Part shown: one piece after another, positions 9,665-19,900 of the stretch
Layout: the number at the start of each line of letters is the position of its first letter
How positions within the stretch are numbered: the stretch's first letter is position 1
From: a virus
Taxonomy: Duplodnaviria; Heunggongvirae; Uroviricota; Caudoviricetes
Virus record (IMG/VR): IMGVR_UViG_2541047680_000004
Strand: one strand, 5' to 3'
Length of the DNA: 64,000 nt
The notes under the pieces: generated by a model
What the model was told of the DNA's origin: nothing
Database searches by the model: none
What the model saw: the letters and a program-made list of their open reading frames with translations, nothing else
Program-made: the position numbers and the translations under genes

Positions 9665-9683
9665 TAAGTGTGTACCTACTTAT
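9665..9683. promoter_or_regulatory. family-2-like dyad (TAAGT..ACTTA)
   Basis: TAAGTGTGTACCTACTTAT in the J/tail-fiber intergenic gap. Confidence 0.25.
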
Positions 9684-9712
9684 TTTTACCGATATAAATA
9701 TTTTTTTCTACA

Positions 9713-12700
9713 TTACAGAAGGCCAATTCTTACTCGTAGGACGTTGTTATCGTCATAAACGTCAATCCGCTGACCATTTATGACCAGTCGCCCATTACCC
9801 CCGCTATTACCGTTGATCTCAAGCGTTCCATTTTTGCCGAACCGCCATCCAGATCTACCGCTAACAAAATTGGTAGATTGCAGATCGCCTACTTTTGCAT
9901 TGGTGATTGTGCCATCCTTGATATACGCACCATTCATATAGGCGATACTGTTTTCGATAACAAATGGCGTGGTGATCTTCCCGTTAACAGAGTTGACCAA
10001 ACCAAACCTGTCAGCCTGCACCAAAAACTGAGAAAGGCCAGTGGTGTCGATACCAAGCGCAATACCAGCAACATACTTCTGCCCTCCGCTCGTTGAAGTT
10101 TCCATTTTCAACGTCCACGCGGTTGACACTTTTTTGTTGGTATCAGCAATAGCTGTTGCCTGCTGTTGAATTGTCGCGGTATTTCCATCCACCTCTGCTT
10201 TCAGAGTATCGATTCGCCCACTCAGAGCATTATCTGCCTGCGTTCTCGCTGTCGTTTCAGTTGTTACCGCCGCGGAAATGTTGGCTGCCGTTTGAGACTC
10301 TAAGTTTGTGATTTGAGTCGCCAATGCAGCATCTTGCTCTGTACGCGTTTTCGTTTCGGTTGCTACAGCCGCTTTAATATCCTCTTTGTATTGAGAGGTC
10401 AGCTTGGTGATCTGAGACGACAACGCCGAGTCAGCATCAGTTCGAGCCTGCGTTTCAACTGCAACGGCCGCACTAATATCTTTCGCTGTCTGTGCTTTTA
10501 AACTTGAAACCTCTTTTGTTAAAGCGGTATCACCATCAGCACGAGCCGTTGTTTCTCTGGCAAGAGATGCCTCGAGATCATTAGCTTTTGCTGTAAGAGA
10601 CGAAATCTGAGTGGACAATGCACTATCGGCATCAGTCCTTGCCTTTGTCTCTACAGCAACCGCTGCGGCAATATCAGTTCCGGTTTGTGCTCGCAGGCTG
10701 TTAATTTCTCGTGAGAGCGCCTGGTCAGCACTTGCTCTGGCCTCCTGCTCCTGAGTGATGGCAGCGGATATATCACCGTCAACCTTTGACTGAAGCTGGT
10801 TTATTAGTTTGGCTAACGCAGAGTCCCCGCTTGCTCGGGCCTCCTGCTCACTACGTATTGCAGCAGAAATATCATCATCAACCTTTGCCTGAAGTTGGGT
10901 GATCTGGCTTGCCAGAGCCGAATCTTCCGTTGCTCGGGCTTCTTGCTCTTCCTTAATAGCTGCGACGATATCGTTGCTTACTTTCGACTCAAGCTGAGTG
11001 ATCTGTGTCGTCAGAGCTTCATCGGCAGATGTGCGAGCCTCCTGCTCTGTACTAATCGCCGCGCTGATATCTCCTTCAAACTTAGATTGCAGCTGAGTGA
11101 CACGCTTTGCCAACGCTTCATCGCCATCGGCACGAGCGGTGGACTCTTCCAGAATACTGGCCTTAATGTCTTCGCCAATTTCTACGCGAATTTCCTCAAC
11201 CTTCGTGGCCATTGCAGACATATCATCAGCAAAGGTTTTCTGTGTTGTTGCGATCTTCGCGTTATTGACCATCTGCTTGTGCTGGTCTTCATCTTGACGA
11301 AGAGCCAGGTCAATATTTGTTTTGGCTAACGCCTCAATGTTCGTAGTCAGTTCTGCACTGGCACGATCGACCTCTGCAACCGTCTTTTTCATTTCTTCAA
11401 CGGCAGCGGAGCTTTCCTCTACCGTTGACTGCAACACTTCCAGTTGTTTAGCGTTTGCAGCATCGCCTTCAACACGAGCCTCGCTTTCCTTAGCAATAAG
11501 AGCCGCCGCTTCATCTCTTGCAGCCTTTATTGCCTCGACTGTATTAGCGAGAGCTTTATCGTGTTCAGATACGGTGTTTTCGATTTCAACAATTGCAGCA
11601 TCAGTGGCATCAATTTTTTCAAACGCTTCATTGACCTTGTCGATCGTTGCCGAAACCTCACCTTTAAGCTCGGTTTGTGCGTTCTCCAAAGCATCGCTAC
11701 GCTCGTTGAATTTTATTTCAAAACCCGCGAGGTTATCGCTGAACTGCTTATCTAATTCAGCTATATCTTCCTTAACGTCGTTTACCGACCCCTCCAAAGA
11801 TTCGACGCTCTGGTTGATATGCTCATTTAACTCGTCAACTGCTTCTTGAGAGGCTTTGCTGTTGATGTCCTCAAGCAGAGCCTGACCAAGCTCGGAAGAT
11901 GTAATTTTGCCAGCCAGGAACGACAGTACATCGCGAGTTGTCGCCTCTGTACCCAAGTTTGAGTTCGGAGGGCTTAACATACCTCGCTTGTTCGATGCTC
12001 GAACCCAGTAATACCACGTTTCGCTATCCCCAAGACCAGCATGTGTAAAGGTGGTGCTTGCAGACTCTGCGATCAGTTTCGCCGTATCCAGATTGTTGGT
12101 CTGGGATGCGTAAACATTAATGTGATCAAGGTCTACCGAATCTGGATTAACCCAATTCAGTATCACATTACGATAGTCTCCAACGGCCGTTAATGACGTT
12201 GGGGCATCCGGCGGTGTCATTGTGCCCAACACCTGATAAACGGTACTGATAATCTCTGTTTTTTTACCGTTGAATGAAACCGCATACAGTTGGAAGTCGT
12301 AGCGTCCATTCTCCGCGACATTAACGATTTCGTATTGCTCTTCGGTTACACGCGCCGATTGCCAGTTCGATACATTGTTTTCATCAGAACGTCGCCAACT
12401 GATCCAATACTCTGGAGATTTTCCTTCCCATGTTGCAGTCAGTTTTACTGACAGGTTGCCCGGGCTTGAGAGATAAGTCCCTTCAGTGATTTGCAGATTA
12501 GATGGCTTGGAGTAAGTTGGGTCCAATACCGTCGTATTCTGCGGGATCAGCGTTGCACCATTGTCGATTGCCTCATATTTAGACGGATTGTTCTCAACAG
12601 CGGTGATGTCAAAGCTACCCGGCGTTTCCCCCTGCGCGATGTTAACGATGCGAACGCGCATAGGTTCGAGATCTGGTTCTGTAATTGTCCAGACACCGTT

Positions 12701-14443
12701 CAAAACAGGCGTTTCCGCTGACGACAGGGCTTTTGAAAACGTAACCTTTGTTATGTTTTCGCCAGTTTCAAGAACATCGCGTTCAACGATTTTGCCTTCC
12801 TGATTCAATATCCGAATAAAGCTGCCGCTTTTAGCTAACGACACAGGCGCATCGAGAGTGATGCTGTTTTTGGTAAACTCCACAATTCGACCGGAGTTAC
12901 GTTTACCTGCACGATATTTGTTCTGAATCAGAACGGTTTCACCGGGCATCAGAAATGAGGCGTCTAAGCCGGCAGTAAATGTAATTACATCCGACTCCAT
13001 TCTGGCGGTATACAAAAGCCACAAACCAACTCGGTGAGCCTGGCCTCGGCTTGTACATCCAAATGCTACGACTTCTGTTTTACGCTCACCATAACGGCGC
13101 ATTGCGTCCTGATCTTCAACGTACTCGATGTTTTGCTTATAACCGTCCTCCTTGTTGTTGTAGGTTACGAGCGCAACGGATGGGCGATCTTTACGCGCAG
13201 AACCTTTATAGGTAAACAGTCCATCTTTGACGTTGGAGTTGGTAAACATCATTACCGGATCTGATGGGCTATCCTGCATGATGTTAACCATGCCACCAGC
13301 CCAAAACACCATGCCGCGGAATGCACCGGCAATATCCTGAATTAATCGGTATGCGTCTTGTCGACTGGTGATCTGCGTATTGATTGCAAAGCGTTTCTCT
13401 TTACCCCCAAAGCCATCATCGACCTCTTCGTCACAATATCGACCAATCTGGTAGAGCTGGCCGAGGTCAATCATGGATTCCGACACAAATTGCCCAAGAC
13501 CATACCGAGTATTGGTAAGCAAATCGTAGAGAATCCACGCAGGGTTTGAAGAAGACAACAGCTTAAAAGTACCGTCCCATACGCCGACATAAGTATTGGT
13601 GTATTCGTTGTAGTTTGACGGTACTCGGATTTTGATACCGCGCACCAAATACGAACGGGAAGGCATTGTGCTACCAAACTGCTCTGAATTGACCTTCAAG
13701 CCAACAAGAGCAGAGTTAGGGTAGTTCATTGGCGTGTCGACAATCTCACCGATGGAATCAACCCATGTGTCGTTGTAGAGGTACTGGCTACTATTATCAT
13801 CTGTAAGACGAATCACCCTAACCTTGTATGCACGACCAGGCTTAGGCAGTTTCAGCTCATAGCTACGGTAATACACGCCGGTTTTCTTTGCCGTTAGCGT
13901 GATATCAACGCTTTTCTCACCTTCTGCCACTACATCAGAAAATGTTGCGTCTGCGTTGGCGATCTGGAATTTGTACTTCACCGTAGTGCCATTTGTATCG
14001 CCAGAGCTTTTATCAACGCTACGTAAAGAGGGGAATTTCATGATGACACGAACGCGATCAGCTTCATCGTTATCGATTGAAACCGTAACGTCGTGTGTTT
14101 TTTTAAGCTGAATATTTACGGACTTAGGCGTTTCGACAAAATCAAAACCAGCCATTGGCGTCTGATCTTGTGAGCCGTCACGAAAATCCCATGTAATACC
14201 GCTGAAGTTGGAAGAGCCATCTTCATTCAAGATCGGTAAATCGTCGATGAAGATCGACTTTGCGCCATTTACCAGGCCACCGATAACCCCCTCGCCAAGA
14301 AGGTCGAGGATGGCTGCCATAGCACGAGAATTGACAGTATCATCAGCTTCAACCGGGGTACGGCTGGAGCTTTTACTTTTCTTGCCACCAGCACCGGCAA
14401 TAAGAAGCGGTAATTTTTTCTTCTTGAACTGTTCCATGTCCAA
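9713..14443 (-). CDS. tail tip / host specificity protein (lambda J-like) with expanded coiled-coil repeat stalk
   Basis: 1576 aa; blocks matching lambda J (FGCTSRGQAHR, YCDEEVDDGFGG, SALVGLKVNSEQFGS, YVAGI..LSQFLV); about 380 aa of roughly 29-aa tandem repeats before the C-terminal domain. Confidence 0.9.
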   Translation of the reverse strand: MDMEQFKKKKLPLLIAGAGGKKSKSSSRTPVEADDTVNSRAMAAILDLLGEGVIGGLVNGAKSIFIDDLPILNEDGSSNFSGITWDFRDGSQDQTPMAGFDFVETPKSVNIQLKKTHDVTVSIDNDEADRVRVIMKFPSLRSVDKSSGDTNGTTVKYKFQIANADATFSDVVAEGEKSVDITLTAKKTGVYYRSYELKLPKPGRAYKVRVIRLTDDNSSQYLYNDTWVDSIGEIVDTPMNYPNSALVGLKVNSEQFGSTMPSRSYLVRGIKIRVPSNYNEYTNTYVGVWDGTFKLLSSSNPAWILYDLLTNTRYGLGQFVSESMIDLGQLYQIGRYCDEEVDDGFGGKEKRFAINTQITSRQDAYRLIQDIAGAFRGMVFWAGGMVNIMQDSPSDPVMMFTNSNVKDGLFTYKGSARKDRPSVALVTYNNKEDGYKQNIEYVEDQDAMRRYGERKTEVVAFGCTSRGQAHRVGLWLLYTARMESDVITFTAGLDASFLMPGETVLIQNKYRAGKRNSGRIVEFTKNSITLDAPVSLAKSGSFIRILNQEGKIVERDVLETGENITKVTFSKALSSAETPVLNGVWTITEPDLEPMRVRIVNIAQGETPGSFDITAVENNPSKYEAIDNGATLIPQNTTVLDPTYSKPSNLQITEGTYLSSPGNLSVKLTATWEGKSPEYWISWRRSDENNVSNWQSARVTEEQYEIVNVAENGRYDFQLYAVSFNGKKTEIISTVYQVLGTMTPPDAPTSLTAVGDYRNVILNWVNPDSVDLDHINVYASQTNNLDTAKLIAESASTTFTHAGLGDSETWYYWVRASNKRGMLSPPNSNLGTEATTRDVLSFLAGKITSSELGQALLEDINSKASQEAVDELNEHINQSVESLEGSVNDVKEDIAELDKQFSDNLAGFEIKFNERSDALENAQTELKGEVSATIDKVNEAFEKIDATDAAIVEIENTVSEHDKALANTVEAIKAARDEAAALIAKESEARVEGDAANAKQLEVLQSTVEESSAAVEEMKKTVAEVDRASAELTTNIEALAKTNIDLALRQDEDQHKQMVNNAKIATTQKTFADDMSAMATKVEEIRVEIGEDIKASILEESTARADGDEALAKRVTQLQSKFEGDISAAISTEQEARTSADEALTTQITQLESKVSNDIVAAIKEEQEARATEDSALASQITQLQAKVDDDISAAIRSEQEARASGDSALAKLINQLQSKVDGDISAAITQEQEARASADQALSREINSLRAQTGTDIAAAVAVETKARTDADSALSTQISSLTAKANDLEASLARETTARADGDTALTKEVSSLKAQTAKDISAAVAVETQARTDADSALSSQITKLTSQYKEDIKAAVATETKTRTEQDAALATQITNLESQTAANISAAVTTETTARTQADNALSGRIDTLKAEVDGNTATIQQQATAIADTNKKVSTAWTLKMETSTSGGQKYVAGIALGIDTTGLSQFLVQADRFGLVNSVNGKITTPFVIENSIAYMNGAYIKDGTITNAKVGDLQSTNFVSGRSGWRFGKNGTLEINGNSGGNGRLVINGQRIDVYDDNNVLRVRIGLL
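10250..11330 (-). repeat. tandem coding repeats (about 87 bp units) inside J-like gene
   Basis: repeated ISAAI..EQEARA..DSALA..QITQLQSKV units in translation. Confidence 0.65.
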
Positions 14444-14454
14444 AAAATCCTTGA

Positions 14455-15045
14455 TTACATAAGCTGGTCGATGGTGATAGAAGAACTCACGACCTGTGAG
14501 CCAACTAAAATTTCCTCGCCATAGATAAGCTGTACAGGGTTCCCCTGGTTTGTTGTGTTTTGAGGTCCATCAAAGTAATAAGAGTTCGAGTTATCCGCCT
14601 GCCTCACACTTTCGTTAGTGGCTTGCGGAGATATGATTTGCGCTATACCGCCCATCATCAGTGACAAACCGAGAGGCGCAAGAGCGGGCACCCATATCGA
14701 GGCAACCATTAATACTGCTCCAACAACCGTCTGAAACCATCCAAAAGCAGATCCACCACTTCCTCGCGGAACAGGGGTAATGCGGATTTTTGCAATATTG
14801 TCAGACTGCCCCATCATCTGATATTCACTCTCGTCCACAGACCACTTGTGGCCCTGTTTATTGGTGATCTGGATGTGGTATCTGTCATAGGTTTTGATAT
14901 TGCGCTTCATCCATGCTTTAAACCCAGGCTTGTTGGCCTCAATTAAATCCAGAGCCTGTTTTGTATTACGCACCTTTAGATGCCAGTGGCGGCCAAAATG
15001 TTTGGCCATAGGGCCGCCAAGCTGCACATGAACTAACTCAGACAC
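14455..15045 (-). CDS. tail assembly protein (lambda I-like)
   Basis: 196 aa; position between K-like and J-like genes; hydrophobic central segment. Confidence 0.75.
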   Translation of the reverse strand: MSELVHVQLGGPMAKHFGRHWHLKVRNTKQALDLIEANKPGFKAWMKRNIKTYDRYHIQITNKQGHKWSVDESEYQMMGQSDNIAKIRITPVPRGSGGSAFGWFQTVVGAVLMVASIWVPALAPLGLSLMMGGIAQIISPQATNESVRQADNSNSYYFDGPQNTTNQGNPVQLIYGEEILVGSQVVSSSITIDQLM

Positions 15046-15857
15046 GTCTCATCTCCCTTGAGCAAGTCTCTGTGACGCAAGTGATGCGTCGTATGTTTCT
15101 GATACATCCCGCCGTAATAAGCACGACAACTAAGGCGGTCGATCTGGTGATGAAGAATCATTCCATCGCCGATATAAACCGCACAGTGGTCAGGCATTTT
15201 TCCGTATTGGATAAAGAAGACGTCCCCACGTTGAGGTTCTGTTCCGGGCGCAAGCCGTACCAATCCTTCGTTTCGGTAGTTCTGATCGAGAATGTCGTTA
15301 TCGCCGGTGTACCACGATGGAATATGCAGGTGTGCGTTCGGGTTTAGTTCGACGTTAAACTCACGCTTCAAATAGTCCCGACACAACATCCAGCAATCAA
15401 ATACGCCAAATACATACGGTCTGCCCAGGTATGGCATTTCGAAACCATCAGGTGTGATCACATTCATCTCGCTAAAATGGAAAGGGGCATCTCCCTCAAC
15501 ATTCTTGCGAATAGCCAGAATCATCCACGGAACTTCCGTCGCTTCGCAGCCTGCACGATCGGCATAAGATGCTTCTGCTGATTCATCAGTATGTGAATGC
15601 CAGATTGCGATAACATCACCCGCATCCTCTGCCGCCATAATGTCGTCAACGTGCATTACAAAAGTGTTCTGCGGGTTCTCCGAAACATTCCGCGCTTCCA
15701 TAAAGCGATATTTGTCGCCATTAGTTCTAACCAGAAAGCCACACGCTTCATTAGGGTAGCGATTTATGGCGCAGAGATAGATTTGCTGCATAACGTCAGA
15801 GCCAAGCTCAGGGATTGCTTTATTACCCATACCGCGTAGCTCCAATAAATCCGCCAA
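15033..15857 (-). CDS. tail tip assembly protein (lambda K-like; MPN/JAMM plus NlpC/P60-like)
   Basis: HSH..D metal motif (AIWHSHTDES) and Cys..His pattern (FDCWMLC ... H); position between L-like and I-like. Confidence 0.8.
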   Translation of the reverse strand: MADLLELRGMGNKAIPELGSDVMQQIYLCAINRYPNEACGFLVRTNGDKYRFMEARNVSENPQNTFVMHVDDIMAAEDAGDVIAIWHSHTDESAEASYADRAGCEATEVPWMILAIRKNVEGDAPFHFSEMNVITPDGFEMPYLGRPYVFGVFDCWMLCRDYLKREFNVELNPNAHLHIPSWYTGDNDILDQNYRNEGLVRLAPGTEPQRGDVFFIQYGKMPDHCAVYIGDGMILHHQIDRLSCRAYYGGMYQKHTTHHLRHRDLLKGDETCLS

Positions 15858-16521
15858 AATGGATCACACCGTCGGCAAAATAATTCCGACGCGCATTACA
15901 GGCGTCATAACGTTTTGTGCAGTAATCCGCACCAGACATAGACGTCTGCTGGTTATTTTTGTCGAAATATGGACCGGTATAGCCGCATTCTGGCCCTCGG
16001 TATTTCCACGGGCAGGTGTTTTTAATGATCTGACGATACGGCAGTTGCACCCCCATCAAATCGAACACACTGGACAATTCAAACTCGACAACCTGATGAG
16101 TTTCGAGAGTTTTCTGTTCGATAAACCACATTTCATCCGGGAAATGTTGGTTTGGATCTGCTGTTGGGTTGCCGTCTTTAAAATTAACGGCATCGAGGAA
16201 GCGAGCCAGCGTCATCTTGCGAATAATGCGGCAGCCAACAAGATCGTCGTTCGCCTGAACTTCCGCAGAGACGGTTCCGGCAAAGTTCGATACCTGAATT
16301 TTTGGACGTGGCAACGTTCCCTGGCCAGTTTTGTCAAAGCCTGATGCTTTGATTGGCCACGGCTCGTATGTCACTCCTTGCCAGACGACCGGTTGCATCA
16401 GTTCGTTTGTTCCGGCGTGGAAGAATAGCTTCCCCCCTGAAGTTGTGTTCGACATATCCAGTACGAACAACTCAATGAGTGCAGAGGGAGATAAGCTCTG
16501 AATATCAGCTTTAATTCCCAT
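15823..16521 (-). CDS. minor tail protein (lambda L-like)
   Basis: cysteine motif CPWKYRGPECGY comparable to lambda L; start set at MGIKAD with RBS AAGGA. Confidence 0.8.
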   Translation of the reverse strand: MGIKADIQSLSPSALIELFVLDMSNTTSGGKLFFHAGTNELMQPVVWQGVTYEPWPIKASGFDKTGQGTLPRPKIQVSNFAGTVSAEVQANDDLVGCRIIRKMTLARFLDAVNFKDGNPTADPNQHFPDEMWFIEQKTLETHQVVEFELSSVFDLMGVQLPYRQIIKNTCPWKYRGPECGYTGPYFDKNNQQTSMSGADYCTKRYDACNARRNYFADGVIHFGGFIGATRYG

Positions 16522-16571
16522 TGTTTCATCCTTGAAATAAGTAGGCGCTAACATCCTGTCAGCGCCACAAT

Positions 16572-16596
16572 GATAGTAAATTAGTACTTACTTATC
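16572..16596. promoter_or_regulatory. family-2 dyad GATAGTAA-N8-TTACTTATC
   Basis: dyad symmetry in the M/L intergenic region. Confidence 0.3.
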
Positions 16597-16603
16597 CAGA
16601 TAC

Positions 16604-16939
16604 TTAAGCCTCAAATACTTGTCTGAATGTAGCAGTTAAGACACAGTACCCCTGATATCGCTTGACCGTATGACTGTCACATACAACTACAATCTGCTTG
16701 CCTCTTGGATTAACCCAATAGAACGATTCAACACCTGATCGCTCAGTCAGGAAGTCATCGATTGCATTAATTTCGTTGTATGATCTGGTAAAGGTTAACG
16801 ACCATTCTTCTTTAATACGATTAAGACCTTGAGCCTGTCGCTGCTCGTAGTCATCACCAAAATTAAGTACCGTTACATTCGGTTTTACGCTCTTTTCAGA
16901 TTCGTAATCTGGATACCAATTAAACGTTTGTCTTTCCAT
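16604..16939 (-). CDS. minor tail protein (lambda M-like)
   Basis: 111 aa; position between tape measure and L-like gene. Confidence 0.7.
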   Translation of the reverse strand: MERQTFNWYPDYESEKSVKPNVTVLNFGDDYEQRQAQGLNRIKEEWSLTFTRSYNEINAIDDFLTERSGVESFYWVNPRGKQIVVVCDSHTVKRYQGYCVLTATFRQVFEA

Positions 16940-16981
16940 CTCACATCCTTGTGAGACTGCCCCGGTCGGGGCAGTCGATAG

Positions 16982-19900
16982 TTAGTTACGTTGAGTGTTT
17001 GGGTTGAGTGATCCGCCAGGGCGTTTCTCTTGAGCGATAGTCTCAAGCGCGATTGCTTTCATCCGTTGAGCGGCATTGTTCCATATGCTTTCTGTATCGC
17101 CGGATTCTGTCGTGCTACCGTCACTATGGACGTTGATCTCAATTGATACAGGAGAAAGAACATTTCCGCCTCCACTCATACCATCGGTACTGAGCGTTAC
17201 AGGGATTGTTCGGCCATCAGGCAATGGAACATACGCCTCATTCATAGAACCTTCCCCAAACAACGCTAATTGAGGCGAGTTAGCAATACCGCCTTTCTGG
17301 TATGCCCCGAGCGGGATCACGCCGTCTTTTCCGAATATTCCTCCATTTGCAAACTTCGGGATTGCAGGAATGCCTTTAGTTCCGTCAGCCACACTGCTGG
17401 TTGCGGTTTTAGCAGAGCTTGATGTCACGCTGTCGAAACCACCGCCAGCCCAAGCTGAAACAAGACCAGATGCAACCGTTGCTCCAAAACTCAACCACTT
17501 ATTACCAGAGCCGGAAGCATTAGCTCCAAGCATTGCAAACGCGGCAGACAGCGCGCCGGTAACAGAGCTGAGGTTCTGCATCGAGAAGATGGAGTCCTTC
17601 ACGGCTTTTGTCTCGGCATCTTTGGCTTCAGTGCTATCAAATAGCCCTGATACCCAGCTACCAATCGCATTTGTTGCAGTGCCAATTGCGCTGGTGGTCT
17701 GCTGTGTTGTTTGCCCCAATCCAGTTACCGAACTGGACGTCTCCTTCGTGGCTTCTCCTACCGACTTGTCGCCGTTAACAGTGTTGCCCATTCGTACCCC
17801 TTGATTGGCAACGGCGGAAGCAACCCCGGTCAGCAAATTACCACTCTGTGAACTACCAGCTGCGGTGGTTCCCATCCCCAACATGTTCATTAGAGGCAGC
17901 GTGATTTGCGACTTCACGACCATATTGGTGATATCTTTCAAAATGGACTGAGATAGGCTGGAGAAGCTCATCTTCCCGTTAATAACGAAATCAGTCAGGA
18001 CATCAGTTAAGCCACTAAACAAATCAGTCCAGGTGCTTTCGATCTGCTCTGCCAAGTTTTCGTATTCCAGTGCCAACTTCTGCGTCGCAGTCCCCGTCTC
18101 TTTAATAAGCGCGGTATTGCCAGCAGCAATCAGTTGATTGATTTTCTTTGTATAAAGCGCCACAACTTTAGGATCAGACGCCTTATCACGAAGTTCTATC
18201 AACGCTTTGAGATTGCGGTTGTAGGTGTCTTCGAAATCAGCAACTTTCTCTTCGCGAGACGGCGTATAGCCAGCACTAATAATGGAATCCGCCTCCGGTG
18301 CCCAAGTGGAGATCATCTGCTCAACATTGCGGCGATTAAACATCTCGCGATATTCAGGTGTCGCATTTTTGAGGTCTTCAAGACGTTTTTTCGCCTTGTC
18401 GATCATCTCTTGAGTGATGAACTCGTTAGGAACCGCATTAGCCAAATCTGTCAGCGATTTCGTTGTATCGCGAAGAGACTGATCAAACGATACCGTAGCC
18501 TTAGAGCTTTCACCCATTTGCCCCATAAGCTGATCGGCTTTGTCCAGAGCCTTCTGGTATCCGGCTGCCAGTTTCTGTTGCGCTGCCTGTTCCTTCTTGG
18601 CCGCACGCTGCGAGGCGTTAGCTGATCGTTGGGCTGCTTTCTCGGCAGCTGCTGCATCCTGTTCACGAGCTTTAGTTAGTGCAGCAATGGCTGCGGCACG
18701 CTCTTCATCGCTCATTTTCTCCAGAGAGCTGGCGCTGGATGCTTTCTGCAAATTAAGCTGCGTCTTGAGTTGTTTAGGCCCAATAATCGGCTTACCTTCG
18801 AAGTCCATCATCGGAGTGCCGTCAGGCAAAGTACGCTGATAAGTCGCAGAATCCATCTGGTTTCGCATATATTGCGCCAACGCCTTCTGAGCAGCTTTAT
18901 CAGTTGTACCTAACCCAAGAACAGTCCCCTGGTTTGACATTACGCCCTTACCAGTTTTGGCCGCGTTATCTCTCTCGAACTCTGCCTGAGTAAGTTCCTG
19001 AGCAACGGCTTCCAAATGCTCCTGATAACCACGAATACTGCCTTGCAGTTTCTGGATTTGCTCGGTATTGCCATCCTTTTTGGCTTTTTCAAGCTGATCA
19101 TTAAGAGTCGCGATTTGCTTCTCGGTCGCATTCTTACGAGAAGAAAGTGAATCAACCAGTTTTTGCGCAGGCTCCAGATAGCTTTTGTTTACCGTTTCAC
19201 GTAACGGTGCCAATAGCTTGTTCTTTTCGTCATCTGAAAGTGAACCGTCATCATTGATTTTCTGAATCTTATCCAGAGCCTCCTGCCGGGCTTTCACGAA
19301 TGTTGCCGCGAAAATCTGGTTTTCCTCTCGAATTTTCTCAATCTGAGATTCGGCAGCCTCTTTAGCCAAACGCTTTGCTACAGCGCCGTCACCAAGAGCT
19401 ATCGTGCCGGTTATCTTTTGATACTCTTCCTGATTTTTTTTCAGGCGTGCTTCGATGTCAGCCTTCGACTCTTTGTGAGTAATAACACCGGCAGAGTTAG
19501 ATACGTAATTAACGCCCTCACCATTTTTTAATGCTCGTTGATCAGCGAGAATCTGCTTTTCGAGCTTTTCTGCGCGATCGGCCATCTGTGCTCGTTTGGC
19601 CGCTGTCATCGCCTCTGGTATTTTCCTAATCTCGTCAACGACCTTTGAAGTTTCGCTGCGGAGCATGGTCATGTACGTGATTAGGCCAGCAACAGCTACA
19701 GTGGCAACTGTAAATGCTGCCCCTATAGGGTTTGCTGCAATGAACGCCGTTAATCCCGCAAAAGCGCCTTTAAGCCCCGTAATCGCCCCACGGATGGCGA
19801 AAATAAGAGAGGGGATCGGAGCCAGCCCCATACGTGCCGCACGATTGAATCGAGTTACTGCTGTAGCACCGAGATTAAATGGAGTCTGTATGGCGGTCGC

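Noticed and set aside
9878-13677. Numerous 60-175 aa plus-strand ORFs and one minus alternate-frame ORF inside the J-like gene
   Set aside because: They lie fully within a well-supported 1576-aa reading frame, show Ser/Cys-rich junk composition and coincide with the coiled-coil repeat DNA.
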